DNA of 61,440 bases, counting the filler, from Aduncisulcus paluster (Eukaryota): assembly GCA_024181965.1 (NCBI GenBank). It is 5 parts of 5 records of this genome, joined end to end, with 100 filler letters (N's around TTAATTAATTAA, not from the genome) between each part and the next. Parts side by side here need not be neighbours in the genome. Positions count along the whole stretch, not along the records: positions 1 to 16,316 come from BQXS01013845.1; 4 more parts are not named here. One strand, 5' to 3'. The notes under the pieces are model-generated. The model was not told the origin of the DNA. It was given only the letters and a program-made list of their open reading frames with translations, and did not search any database. Both the position numbers and the translations under genes were made by a program. Positions 1-9,771 of the stretch are shown in pieces; position 1 is the first letter of the stretch; each line of letters starts with the position of its first letter.

Positions 1-683
1 GATCCAAGAACATGATTAAATACGTTCACACGAATGAAAAGAGCCTGATCAAAAGAGAATCCCGTGCAAGCGAGTGTGAGAAGATGGGCAGCCGCATAAC
101 TGTTTGGAGAGCCAACCGTAAGTATTTGAGGGCTATCGGGCATCGAAGGAGCTGACCATGGATCTAAAAGGTCTTTAATAAGATGGACACCGGTTGAACC
201 TTCTTCAATTGTAAATACACTAATTCCAATCTGGTGTTTATCACCAAGAGCTCCACGAGCATAAAGAGCATTGAAGAACAATTGGAAAAAAGTCTCGGAA
301 GAATCCGAAGATGGTAGAATGTGTGAATATGATGAACCATTAAAGAGCAAGACAGATGAAAGCCCCGAAAATAAAGAATTTGAAGTGGATGTTGAAAGAT
401 GATGAAGGAGATTTTTCTGCTCAGATTGAGAAAAAACGCCAGTAAATTCAATGGCTTCTGAACTTGGGAAAAATTTAACCAAATACAATTAAAAACAGAA
501 TTTAAAGGAGAGAAATCAAAATTAATTTTCATTTATAATAAATACATACCCAAGTTGTACTGTTTTACCCTTCTTATGAAGTTGCAACCCATCCTCGAGT
601 GATGTAGAAGACAAATAAAGGAAAGATTCAGAAGGGACAACAATATTATTTACGCCGCTATGGCTTGATCCTGATTCACCCAT
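1..683 (-). CDS. Two-exon gene (exon 1 683-550, intron 549-463, exon 2 462 to window edge), divergent kinesin-motor-like protein, 3' partial
   Basis: ATG at 683. GTATGT donor at 549 and CAAG acceptor at 463 splice in phase 2 into a frame open to position 1. Translation MGESGSS...TVQLGSEAIEFTGVFSQSEQ...SLFSGLSSVLLFNGSSYSH...IGISVFTIEE...IKDLLDP follows the order of kinesin motor elements. Not called in the ORF track. Confidence 0.6.
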
Positions 684-949
684 TTGTTTTGAAAAAAATG
701 TTTAATTGAAGCAAAACGCATGGACTCGAGTTCAGCCAATAAAAATAATGCCAATTATAAGAAGTCAGTCAAAATAAATGCTAAATTTGAATTTAAAAGA
801 TAGATTTAGAAATAAATAAACCAACAAATTTATGTGAATGTTAATGGTTCATGAGATAAAATACTATTTATTAACTTGTTCTTTTTCACAGGTAAAAATG
901 ATTTTGAGAAGATCATCTTCTGAAGATCTACTAGTAGATCTAGTAGATC

Positions 950-1131
950 ACGATTTATTTTTCTCCTAGCGGAGTTTGGAAGATAGTTGGACACATAGGC
1001 CCTATGGCCTGAGTCAGGTATAGGCGACGTCAGAAAAAGGCTCATAATCTCGGAGAACGGTATGGGAAGAGTATGAGCAGCTGATCTATAGAGACTATAG
1101 AAAGGTCGGAAGTCACAAAAATAAAACCTTA
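950..1131 (-). repeat. Dispersed repeat, copy 1 (homologous to ~48850-49096 in opposite orientation)
   Basis: Reverse complement of 1021-1080 aligns ungapped to 48941-49000 at 52/60. CCTATGTGTCCAACTATCTTCCAAACTCCGC and TAGGAGAAAA are also shared. Ends are approximate. Confidence 0.85.
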
Positions 1132-1250
1132 AATCTGCCCATTATCTATACCAACACCTACGAGACACACACGAACGACCGTTGAACGGTGAGTAAAAGG
1201 GAATAAGAGGCGGCTACTAGATAATTAGTAATTGAATAATTTTTTTTGCT

Positions 1251-1748
1251 GTGGAATCGAATTGCAGTCAGGTCGTTCTTTTGAAGAATCTTACCCTTTA
1301 TCCTGTTTCTGAACAACAATGTTTCCCTCGATGTGACAAAACGTTTCCCTGTTTCCCCCAAATTCTTGATACTTTGCAACAGCAAATAACTCCTTCCGAA
1401 TTTGTCGAACATCGTATTTTCCATGTTCTTGATGTGTTAGCCAATTGGTCTCGTGATGAAGAGTATGCTTCAGAGATCTCTTCAAAAACATCTGAATTGG
1501 TTGATAACTGGCATCAATGGTTAAGTAATGAACATTCTGCCGAAGGTCTTGGGTTTTTCATGAAACTAATGGCCAACCTCTCAAAGATTCCTTCGATAAG
1601 AGATAAGATTCCTTCGCATCATCTCTCAGATCCTGCATATGTTTCTTGTAAAATCGATGCTTGTCTTTCCACCGCTGACCTTTCTTCTGCTTTTCGTGAG
1701 TATTTCCCAGGTATTCTCAGGATATTTGAAACCTATAGTGGCGATTGA
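1251..1748 (+). pseudogene. Fragment of a helical (ARM-like) repeat protein, probably a degenerate paralog
   Basis: 165-aa ORF with a GTG start and no ATG near it, amphipathic helical composition. A 22-nt segment (tttctgaacaacaatgtttccc, ~1306) recurs at ~1815 out of frame. Flanked by decayed, palindrome-rich DNA. Confidence 0.35.
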
Positions 1749-2007
1749 GGACATAAAAGGCCATGAAGAAATCATTATTCATTCTGCTCAATGTGTTTCT
1801 ACATTGATGCGGACTTTCTGAACAACAATGTTTCCCAAGAATCACTTCGACCTATTTTGAGGAAGAAATAAAGCTCATAACGAAATGATCCTCAGGATCA
1901 CATGCTGTGAATGATTTCCATGTGAGAATTCCCGGAATTGGCGGACCGCGAAACACTTATTTTCCGGTAAGCAGTTTAGCGGCTAAAATTCTCTCTTGAA
2001 GGATCGA

Positions 2008-2571
2008 CTACAACCATGGCAACATCGATAATCGTTCAATTGTTGCAAGTTCATGCTCTTTGGCGGCTTTCATTTTCTCTCGCTTCTTGTCAATCACGAA
2101 TCGAATGCCAAACAAAAAAATAAAATCTTGTTTTCTATCCCACGACCATATAACATGAATATCACAAGAAATAACATTATCAAGATCTATCGGGAACTCT
2201 TGCCAGGAATAATGATCTGGATACATCTCTCCCATTTGATATTCTTTTGTAATCTTATTGCCATCTGAAGTTGTGAAAGTAGCATTGAAATCTTTGATTC
2301 CATTCGGATAACTATGATGACTTACAACAAACTTACTGAGATAATGAGATGTAATAAATGGGAGATGTAAATTGGGATTGAAATAGATGCCTCTTTCACC
2401 TCTTAATAATCCCAATAAACTAGAATGATTATCACCACTGTGATAATCCCCATATGCTTTGGATCCATCAATTTCAGATAGATCTGGATGACCAACAGGG
2501 TAGGGGCCTTTTAACACTCTGCACCCATCATATCCAAAATATTCAATATATTTGCCAATAATTCTCATCAT
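2008..2571 (-). CDS. Single-domain member of an expanded beta-sandwich family (ends IERLSMLPWL)
   Basis: Intact ORF from ATG (MMRIIGK). Paralog of 3852-4421 and shares WxxFPIDLDNVxxCxI with 57812-58867. Confidence 0.8.
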   Translation of the reverse strand: MMRIIGKYIEYFGYDGCRVLKGPYPVGHPDLSEIDGSKAYGDYHSGDNHSSLLGLLRGERGIYFNPNLHLPFITSHYLSKFVVSHHSYPNGIKDFNATFTTSDGNKITKEYQMGEMYPDHYSWQEFPIDLDNVISCDIHVIWSWDRKQDFIFLFGIRFVIDKKREKMKAAKEHELATIERLSMLPWL

Positions 2572-2589
2572 AAACAATAACACAACTAT

Positions 2590-3851
2590 GGATTATCCAA
2601 TATCAAATTAAATAAAATAATAAACACAAATAACCTTCCAATTGCAAGGAAAAGTACATTTTTACAATTGTCTTGGAACAGAACAATAATATCCAAAATC
2701 GATGTTTCTTATCATTATTAATATATAGACGTAATAATAAATCATTTATTTTGTAAACACATTTGTTCTCCAAATAAGGCGTACTAAGACATTATTGACA
2801 TTATTGACAATACAGCGATATAAACATGAAAGTGACAATATACACATGGTATCCATCATATCTCAAGACATGACAGGAAGTGATGGTTCATACAATATGA
2901 TTGTTATCAGGAAAGAAGTTGTATTCAATCCTTGTGGTAAAGATGATATGAAGGATCAGCTATAACCAGGGAAGCATCGATAATCGTTCAATTGTTGCAA
3001 GTTCAGCTCTGACAAGCTCTTTAGCGGCTAAAATTCTCTCTTGTTCTTTATCAATCACGAATCTAATACCATACAAATAAATACAATACTGTTTTCCATC
3101 CAGCGTTGATATAACATGAATATCACAAGAAATAACATTATCAATATATAGACGTAATAATAAATCATTTATTTTGTAAACACATTTGTTCTCCAAATAA
3201 GGCGTACTAAGACATTATTGACATTATTGACAATACAGCGATATAAACATGAAAGTGACAATATACACATGGTATCCATCATATCTCAAGACATGACAGG
3301 AAGTGATGGTTCATACAATATGATTGTTATCAGGAAAGAAGTTGTATTCAATCCTTGTGGTAAAGATGATATGAAGGATCAGCTATAACCAGGGAAGCAT
3401 CGATAATCGTTCAATTGTTGCAAGTTCAGCTCTGACAAGCTCTTTAGCGGCTAAAATTCTCTCTTGTTCTTTATCAATCATGGATTATCCAATATCAAAT
3501 TAAATAAAATAATAAACACAAATAACCTTCCAATTGCAAGGAAAAGTACATTTTTACAATTGTCTTGGAACAGAACAATAATATCCAAAATCGATGTTTC
3601 TTATCATTATTAATATATAGACGTAATAATAAATCATTTATTTTGTAAACACATTTGTTCTCCAAATAAGGCGTACTAAGACATTATTGACATTATTGAC
3701 AATACAGCGATATAAACATGAAAGTGACAATATACACATGGTATCCATCATATCTCAAGACATGACAGGAAGTGATGGTTCATACAATATGATTGTTATC
3801 AGGAAAGAAGTTGTATTCAATCCTTGTGGTAAAGATGATATGAAGGATCAG
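2590..3851. repeat. Near-exact tandem re-copies of the intergenic region and 3' end of the 3852-4421 gene
   Basis: 2590-2960 matches 3481-3851. 2960-3143 and 3382-3480 repeat the gene's 3' end. Junctions are abrupt, so this is probably mis-assembly or recent duplication. Confidence 0.8.
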
Positions 3852-4421
3852 CTATAACCAGGGAAGCATCGATAATCGTTCAATTGTTGCAAGTTCAGCT
3901 CTGACAAGCTCTTTAGCGGCTAAAATTCTCTCTTGTTCTTTATCAATCACGAATCTAATACCATACAAATAAATACAATACTGTTTTCCATCCAGCGTTG
4001 ATATAACATGAATATCACAAGAAATAACATTATCAATATCTATTGGGAATTCTTGCCAGAAACAATGCCTTGGAGGCATCTTTCCCATTTGATATTCTTT
4101 TGTTATCTTCTTTCCATCTGATGTTGTGAATGTAACATTGAAATCTTTGATTCCCTGTGGCCAATTATGATGACTTACAACAAACTTACCGAGATAATGT
4201 GGTGTAATGAATGGGAGATGTAAATTGGGATAGAAAAAGATGTACCATCCACCTCTTAAGAATTGCAATAAACTAGAATGATTATGACCACTGTGATAAT
4301 CCCCATATGCTTTAGATCCATCAATTTCAGATAGATCTGGATGACCAGTAGGGTAGGGGCCTTTGTACACTTTGAGAGACAGACAACCAAAATCATCAAT
4401 ACATTTGCCAATAATTCTCAT
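3852..4421 (-). CDS. Second single-domain member of the same beta-sandwich family
   Basis: ATG at 4421 (MRIIGK), colinear with 2008-2571, same C-terminal IERLSMLPWL. Confidence 0.8.
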   Translation of the reverse strand: MRIIGKCIDDFGCLSLKVYKGPYPTGHPDLSEIDGSKAYGDYHSGHNHSSLLQFLRGGWYIFFYPNLHLPFITPHYLGKFVVSHHNWPQGIKDFNVTFTTSDGKKITKEYQMGKMPPRHCFWQEFPIDIDNVISCDIHVISTLDGKQYCIYLYGIRFVIDKEQERILAAKELVRAELATIERLSMLPWL

Positions 4422-4840
4422 CACAAACAATAATAACACGCAAATATCGAAATTTAATTGAAATAAAAAAAGACAATAAACACCAGTAACCTCCCGCAGT
4501 TGCAAGGAAAAACACGATTTGTTGAATCTCGATCCAAAATCGATGAATGAGTCATCGACGTCTTTATTTCATTTAAAATAAAGCTAGATTTCATGTCTGT
4601 ATATTTACTGCTTGTGATCTTTCCGCACCTTCCATGAGATTATGAGCTTCTGTCACCAGTGGTGCGTTACAGGCTTCAACTATCTTCCAAACTCTGCCTG
4701 AGAAAAATAAAGCAACATTTCATTACATTCAAATATATTTCTCCAAATGTAGGTACTCGGCATAAGAAAATAAAGCTCTAATCATTTCAAACTCAATGTT
4801 TCAGCATTGTCCTATGAAATCTCTCGAGAAAAACTCTTGC

Positions 4841-7800
4841 TCATCTTCCACTATTGAGTTTTGCAAGTGATTCTTCGATTTCATCCAAATGAGATATAAA
4901 TTCCTCCTTATTCGGAATAACTTGAGGACCTGGCACTGGAGAGTATGAAGGGGAGCTTCTCTGGCTTCGATAAGCGCTAGCAACTGAAGCCACAGAAACA
5001 CCACGCGAAGAACGATGCCTGTGGTGCTCATAGCCCTCTTCCTCATCCCCGATCAGAGCGCTCGAAGTGATGGCATGAATGTGATTATATACACTGTAAG
5101 CGTGATCGTTCCTTCTTTTATATCTAAGAGTTGAACGTGGAGATAGTTGGTCAACAATCAACGAAGAGGAAGAGGAAGAGGAAGAAGAGGAAGAAGAGGA
5201 AGAGGAAGAAGAGGAAGATGAAGAGGAAGAGGAAGAAGAGGAAGAGGAAGATATTTGAGCATGTATAGAGGCATTTGATGCGCTTCTTTCCATCTCATGG
5301 ACAAACTCTTCAACACTAAAGATATGGCCAGAGTGACCCAACGAAGATGAAGATGAAGATGAAGACGATGAGGTACCAGAGCTTCTGTGAGGTTCAGGGT
5401 AGGAATCATGAACAGAACCAGAGCCATGAATCTTCCTTATAACTTCATCCCTCATCCGTTTCTCCTCTTTCTCAGATAATATCTTTCGCTGTTCACTGGT
5501 ACCTCCAGTCACATCAGAAACATATCTCGACGATGACCTCTGACGTATTAATTTGTCTCTCGAAGCTATATCTCCACTGTAGTGTTTCCTTATGCTACTG
5601 CCAATACCATCATAATCATGCTTTCTGTGATGCCGATCATCAGCACTAACTAAAAATAGATTTTTGCTCGCCGAGTGAGAAGATGAAGATGAAGATGAAG
5701 ATGAAGAGGAGGAGGAGGGTATTGATGATGTTGAAGAAGAAGGAGAGAAAGAAGAAGCAGAGGCACTTTGAGATCTCTTTATATGTCCTCGTTTTGAATC
5801 CATTTTAGGTGACACAGAAATCCCAGAAGCATGCAAAGGAGATACAGATGATCCAGATTGCCCTTGAGATGAATGTGCACTGCTTCGGCCATTACTTTGG
5901 CCACCACTATTGATTCTATGAGGGTTGTTACTACCACTGTGAATCAAAAGACCAGAATTAGGTTTCTTCTTCTTTGTGCTGGATCTTGCTGTAGAACCTC
6001 CAACATATTTCTCCTCTCTCCTCTTCTTCACGATCATAGAGGTTTCAGAAGACAATATACGAGGTGAATAAGGTTTTTGACCAGTATTTGTTGACCGGTG
6101 AGAACCGACAGCTGACCGGTCAATCATATGTTCACTTCCCTCACTCTCACCTTCCCAGCCGAAAATATCGTTTTTAACCGGTATTTCTGCGAATGATGAA
6201 TGATGATGTGCGAGACGATGTATATCTGCATGAGTTTGAATGGGACCCGTCGATGACTCTCCTTGCTTCTTCTCTATATCTGGTGAAGAAGAGGAAGAAG
6301 AGGAGGACTGTCTTGATATGTTTCCATGCTCTTTGCCTGTGGTTCTATCTCCTTTCTTCATTGCTGAACCCATTCTCTTCTCCTTTCTCTTTCTCTCCTC
6401 TTCTTCTTGTTTCTGCCAGGCCTGTTTGCCTTTCTGCATAGACGAAAACGACGAACCTGAAGATGAAGATCCGGACGAACAAGGAGATGAATTGCTACTG
6501 CTACTGCTACTATTACTGCTATAGGATGCAGTATATGAAGCATATTTCTGAGTCCTTGCTGGAGAATGAGATCTTATGATGCTCGATCTCCTCTTCTTCT
6601 TTCTATCTTGATCAGAAAATGAACCTGTTGGTTTCTTCCTTGTCGCAGAAAGCTGAGACCCATGTTGACGTTGATGATGAGAACCAGAGCGGACTGGATG
6701 AGTTGCGTTCTGTCTCACTTCTTTCCAATCCAATACATTACCACCGCTACCAGCACCACCGCTACCAGCACCACCACCGCCAGCACCACCACCGCCAGCA
6801 CCATTACTGTTACTTCCACTACAACTCTTTCCTGCCATTGTTCCTATCATTTCTCCTCCTGCTCTACTACTGCTTGATTGACTTGGTTGGGTATCCTGGA
6901 AATGATCTATTGTACTGTCCTTGCGTTTAATACCAATGCAACCTTTACCATTCGTATCATCTTTGTGCGTGGAATGAGTTGTTTGTCCTTGACCAGAACG
7001 TGGAGGAGAAGACTGATACTGGATTTTGGCATCATGAGCTTCCTTCAAACGGATCCTAAGGTCTTCATTTTCCTGTTCTTTCTTTTTCAAACGTTCAACC
7101 AATTCAACCAAAGTCGTTCGAAGCCGCATGATCTCAAGGGAACCAAGAGGATCTGTCGAAGTACTAGGCCCAAGTCCACCTGCCATACATTTCTGCCCGC
7201 ATACTGAACATACTCCTGCACAGTGGTCAGCCCAGGAAGTGGATCCAAGGCTAGCAGAAACAGTTTTCCTGATGCGTCCACACCTGGCCGCAAATGTGAT
7301 GGTACGATGACTCTCATAGAATTGTGAGAATGAAGGAGATATCGTTGAGATGAGAAGAGTGAAACAATTGCCTATCAGTCCTTCACGAAGAATAAGAGTA
7401 AGCTTTGAGTCTCTGAAACTCACTCGTTTTAATTTGGCTTGAAGAGAACTGAAAGAAGTAGAAGAAGAACTTGATGATGATGAACCGCTCGACCGTGCAG
7501 ACCCATATCGAGCGGAACTGGGAGCAGACGTAGAGTTTGTAGAAGAAGAGGTTGTAGATCGAGAAGCAGCAAGGACCTCAATTACTTTACCAAGGGCAAG
7601 AAGACTCTTGTTGATTGTGCCACTCTCTGTCATTCTCTCCCGACGTTGTTTTAAAAGGGCACTCTTCTTACTTCCTATCCCACCAAAATCAACGGTGGTA
7701 TATTGATCTAATAATGGAACTTGAGAAAGTCCAGCACTCCCATGACCTCCCATTCCTCCAGGATTTGTAGAATGGTTGAAATATAGAGTTTGTGCCGAAG

Positions 7801-9361
7801 AATATCCTGTATCATCCGACAGAGGAGCAATTGAACTGCCTGCTCCACCTGTCCCTGAGAGAATAAGCCCATTATTACTAATATTATGTGAGGAGATAGA
7901 ATCTTTTCTATCCTTTGTGATAGCAACTACTTGTTGCTGTTGTTGAGAACGAGAATATTCATCAATCAGAGGCATTTCGCTGATAACATCAGCCTTTTCA
8001 CTTCCAGCAAGGTCAAAAAAAGTCAACACACCTTCAATCTCTTCACCTTGATCGGAATAATCGAGGTAATCATCCAACATCTCACCTCCACCGGCTCCTT
8101 TCTTCTTCATCCTCAGCTTTTTCTTTCTATCAGCACTGCTACAAGCACTCAACCCACCATCTTTATGACAAGCAGGATCATCAGCACAGTATTGACCTTC
8201 AACAGCTTCCCATTCTTCCACTTCTCCTTCTCCTTCCGCTTTATCTCTTTCTTTTTCTGCTTTATCTGCTTTTCTCATGGACAATATTTCTTTCTCAATG
8301 GTCTTAGAATCCGAGTATTTTCTACTTTTCATCTTCTCGAAATCTTTCAACATTTCAGATTCTATGCTTTTCTTCTTCACACACCGAACAATGATTCTAA
8401 TTATAGCGTGGCTTCTCGACGAAACCGGATTTGCCTTCGTGCAAGCACTCTCTCTCCTTTCACAACCATATCGAAGTGCTTCGATCGCATGTTGAGCATC
8501 AGTCAATGATAAACACGTAGTATTACAGAAATCGACAGTGTTTGTCCTTCTGTTCGTGTGTAAGGTTGGTGTTGCACTCCTCTCAGAAGAGAGTTGGTGG
8601 CGGTGAGCTTGACGTCTACTTATGGATTGCCTGACCCCAGTGCTACTATCAAATCCCCCTCCACTCTCAACACCTCTTGATGATCCAGTTCTATTGCTCT
8701 GTGGCTGAATTGAAGAACCGCGGGAAGAATAAGAACCAACAGATGACGATCTCTCCCGTTCCCTCTCTGAAGACCGTATTGAGTCCAAAGACGATAGAAT
8801 GGTGGCTGCCTTGGAGATATCTGTAGTACCTCCAGGAATTCCAAGGAGCATATCTCTAAGATTCTCGTTATATAGTTCCAAAAACATTATTTTAATATCG
8901 AATTGTTGCTTGAATGAGTATTTCTGACACATTTTAAATAGGTTTGAAATAGTGAGAGGGATAATCCCAGGATCCTGCCTAAAATCGGGAATAGAACCAA
9001 CTGTGGGCTCGGTTTTACCGAACATAGTATGCGATTTCCCACTAGCAGTGACCCCGTAGCAGAGAATTGTACCCCTGTCTCCACGAAATACTCTGGGAAG
9101 GAGAGGGGATACGAGTGAATAGAAAACATTTTCATTATCATGTTTAGAATTAAATACTTTATCAAATATATACTGATTGCGCCTCTCAGAAGTAGAGTAT
9201 TTGGAGATTTCAGAAGTTGAAGAATCAGTCATAATAACCTTGTTTTCTTCAGGTAAAAGGGATATAATCGGAGGATTTATCAATTGAGCATCAGAAATGA
9301 GTTCCTGTTGTGAAAAGGGGCGCTGTCTAAGGGCGATAGCAATAGTGATTTCGTCTGACAT
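4841..9361 (-). CDS. Kinesin motor protein, N-terminal motor with large low-complexity insertions and a Ser-rich tail
   Basis: ALRQRP, YIFDKVF, P-loop YGVTASGKSHTM, LELYNENLRDML, switch I SSRSHAI, switch II DLAGSE, INKSLLALGKVI, FRDSKLTLIL, followed by a coiled coil. Confidence 0.95.
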   Translation of the reverse strand: MSDEITIAIALRQRPFSQQELISDAQLINPPIISLLPEENKVIMTDSSTSEISKYSTSERRNQYIFDKVFNSKHDNENVFYSLVSPLLPRVFRGDRGTILCYGVTASGKSHTMFGKTEPTVGSIPDFRQDPGIIPLTISNLFKMCQKYSFKQQFDIKIMFLELYNENLRDMLLGIPGGTTDISKAATILSSLDSIRSSERERERSSSVGSYSSRGSSIQPQSNRTGSSRGVESGGGFDSSTGVRQSISRRQAHRHQLSSERSATPTLHTNRRTNTVDFCNTTCLSLTDAQHAIEALRYGCERRESACTKANPVSSRSHAIIRIIVRCVKKKSIESEMLKDFEKMKSRKYSDSKTIEKEILSMRKADKAEKERDKAEGEGEVEEWEAVEGQYCADDPACHKDGGLSACSSADRKKKLRMKKKGAGGGEMLDDYLDYSDQGEEIEGVLTFFDLAGSEKADVISEMPLIDEYSRSQQQQQVVAITKDRKDSISSHNISNNGLILSGTGGAGSSIAPLSDDTGYSSAQTLYFNHSTNPGGMGGHGSAGLSQVPLLDQYTTVDFGGIGSKKSALLKQRRERMTESGTINKSLLALGKVIEVLAASRSTTSSSTNSTSAPSSARYGSARSSGSSSSSSSSTSFSSLQAKLKRVSFRDSKLTLILREGLIGNCFTLLISTISPSFSQFYESHRTITFAARCGRIRKTVSASLGSTSWADHCAGVCSVCGQKCMAGGLGPSTSTDPLGSLEIMRLRTTLVELVERLKKKEQENEDLRIRLKEAHDAKIQYQSSPPRSGQGQTTHSTHKDDTNGKGCIGIKRKDSTIDHFQDTQPSQSSSSRAGGEMIGTMAGKSCSGSNSNGAGGGGAGGGGAGSGGAGSGGNVLDWKEVRQNATHPVRSGSHHQRQHGSQLSATRKKPTGSFSDQDRKKKRRSSIIRSHSPARTQKYASYTASYSSNSSSSSSNSSPCSSGSSSSGSSFSSMQKGKQAWQKQEEEERKRKEKRMGSAMKKGDRTTGKEHGNISRQSSSSSSSSPDIEKKQGESSTGPIQTHADIHRLAHHHSSFAEIPVKNDIFGWEGESEGSEHMIDRSAVGSHRSTNTGQKPYSPRILSSETSMIVKKRREEKYVGGSTARSSTKKKKPNSGLLIHSGSNNPHRINSGGQSNGRSSAHSSQGQSGSSVSPLHASGISVSPKMDSKRGHIKRSQSASASSFSPSSSTSSIPSSSSSSSSSSSSSHSASKNLFLVSADDRHHRKHDYDGIGSSIRKHYSGDIASRDKLIRQRSSSRYVSDVTGGTSEQRKILSEKEEKRMRDEVIRKIHGSGSVHDSYPEPHRSSGTSSSSSSSSSSLGHSGHIFSVEEFVHEMERSASNASIHAQISSSSSSSSSSSSSSSSSSSSSSSSSSSSSSLIVDQLSPRSTLRYKRRNDHAYSVYNHIHAITSSALIGDEEEGYEHHRHRSSRGVSVASVASAYRSQRSSPSYSPVPGPQVIPNKEEFISHLDEIEESLAKLNSGR

Positions 9362-9771
9362 GGTATAAGCTATTTTTTGGTTTCCAAATGAATATATACG
9401 AAATTAAGAGTTCTATTATTAACAAAAAAAGATATAAATTGTAAATTTTGGCTTCTATATTGTGCAGAAAATGACCCCAGTAATCGAGTTTTATTACCAG
9501 AGTATTTTGACTCCTCAATATTTGATGTAAATTTACTTTAAAATGAATATTTATTATTAATATTATTTGAAAAGGTTTATTCCAGCCGATGAGCTACCCT
9601 GCGGATTTCATTGTTATCTACCAAATGATTTGACGAATATATATTGAGTTATGCGTTATCAAGCTATTACTGTGTTATTTCAGTATAGAAAAACCACTTT
9701 TAAAAAGAAATCATATGATAGGAAATCGAAAATCGGTTTTCTTGAGATCTACGGATATCATATCCACATAG

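Noticed and set aside
164..532. 122-aa minus-strand ORF from the track
   Set aside because: It starts inside the inferred intron. The overlapping frame that is open to the window edge and splices to an ATG exon is more plausible.
2008..4421. Diversity-generating retroelement TR/VR pair
   Set aside because: Differences in the block I compared are not adenine-specific, both copies are full genes, and no reverse transcriptase is present.
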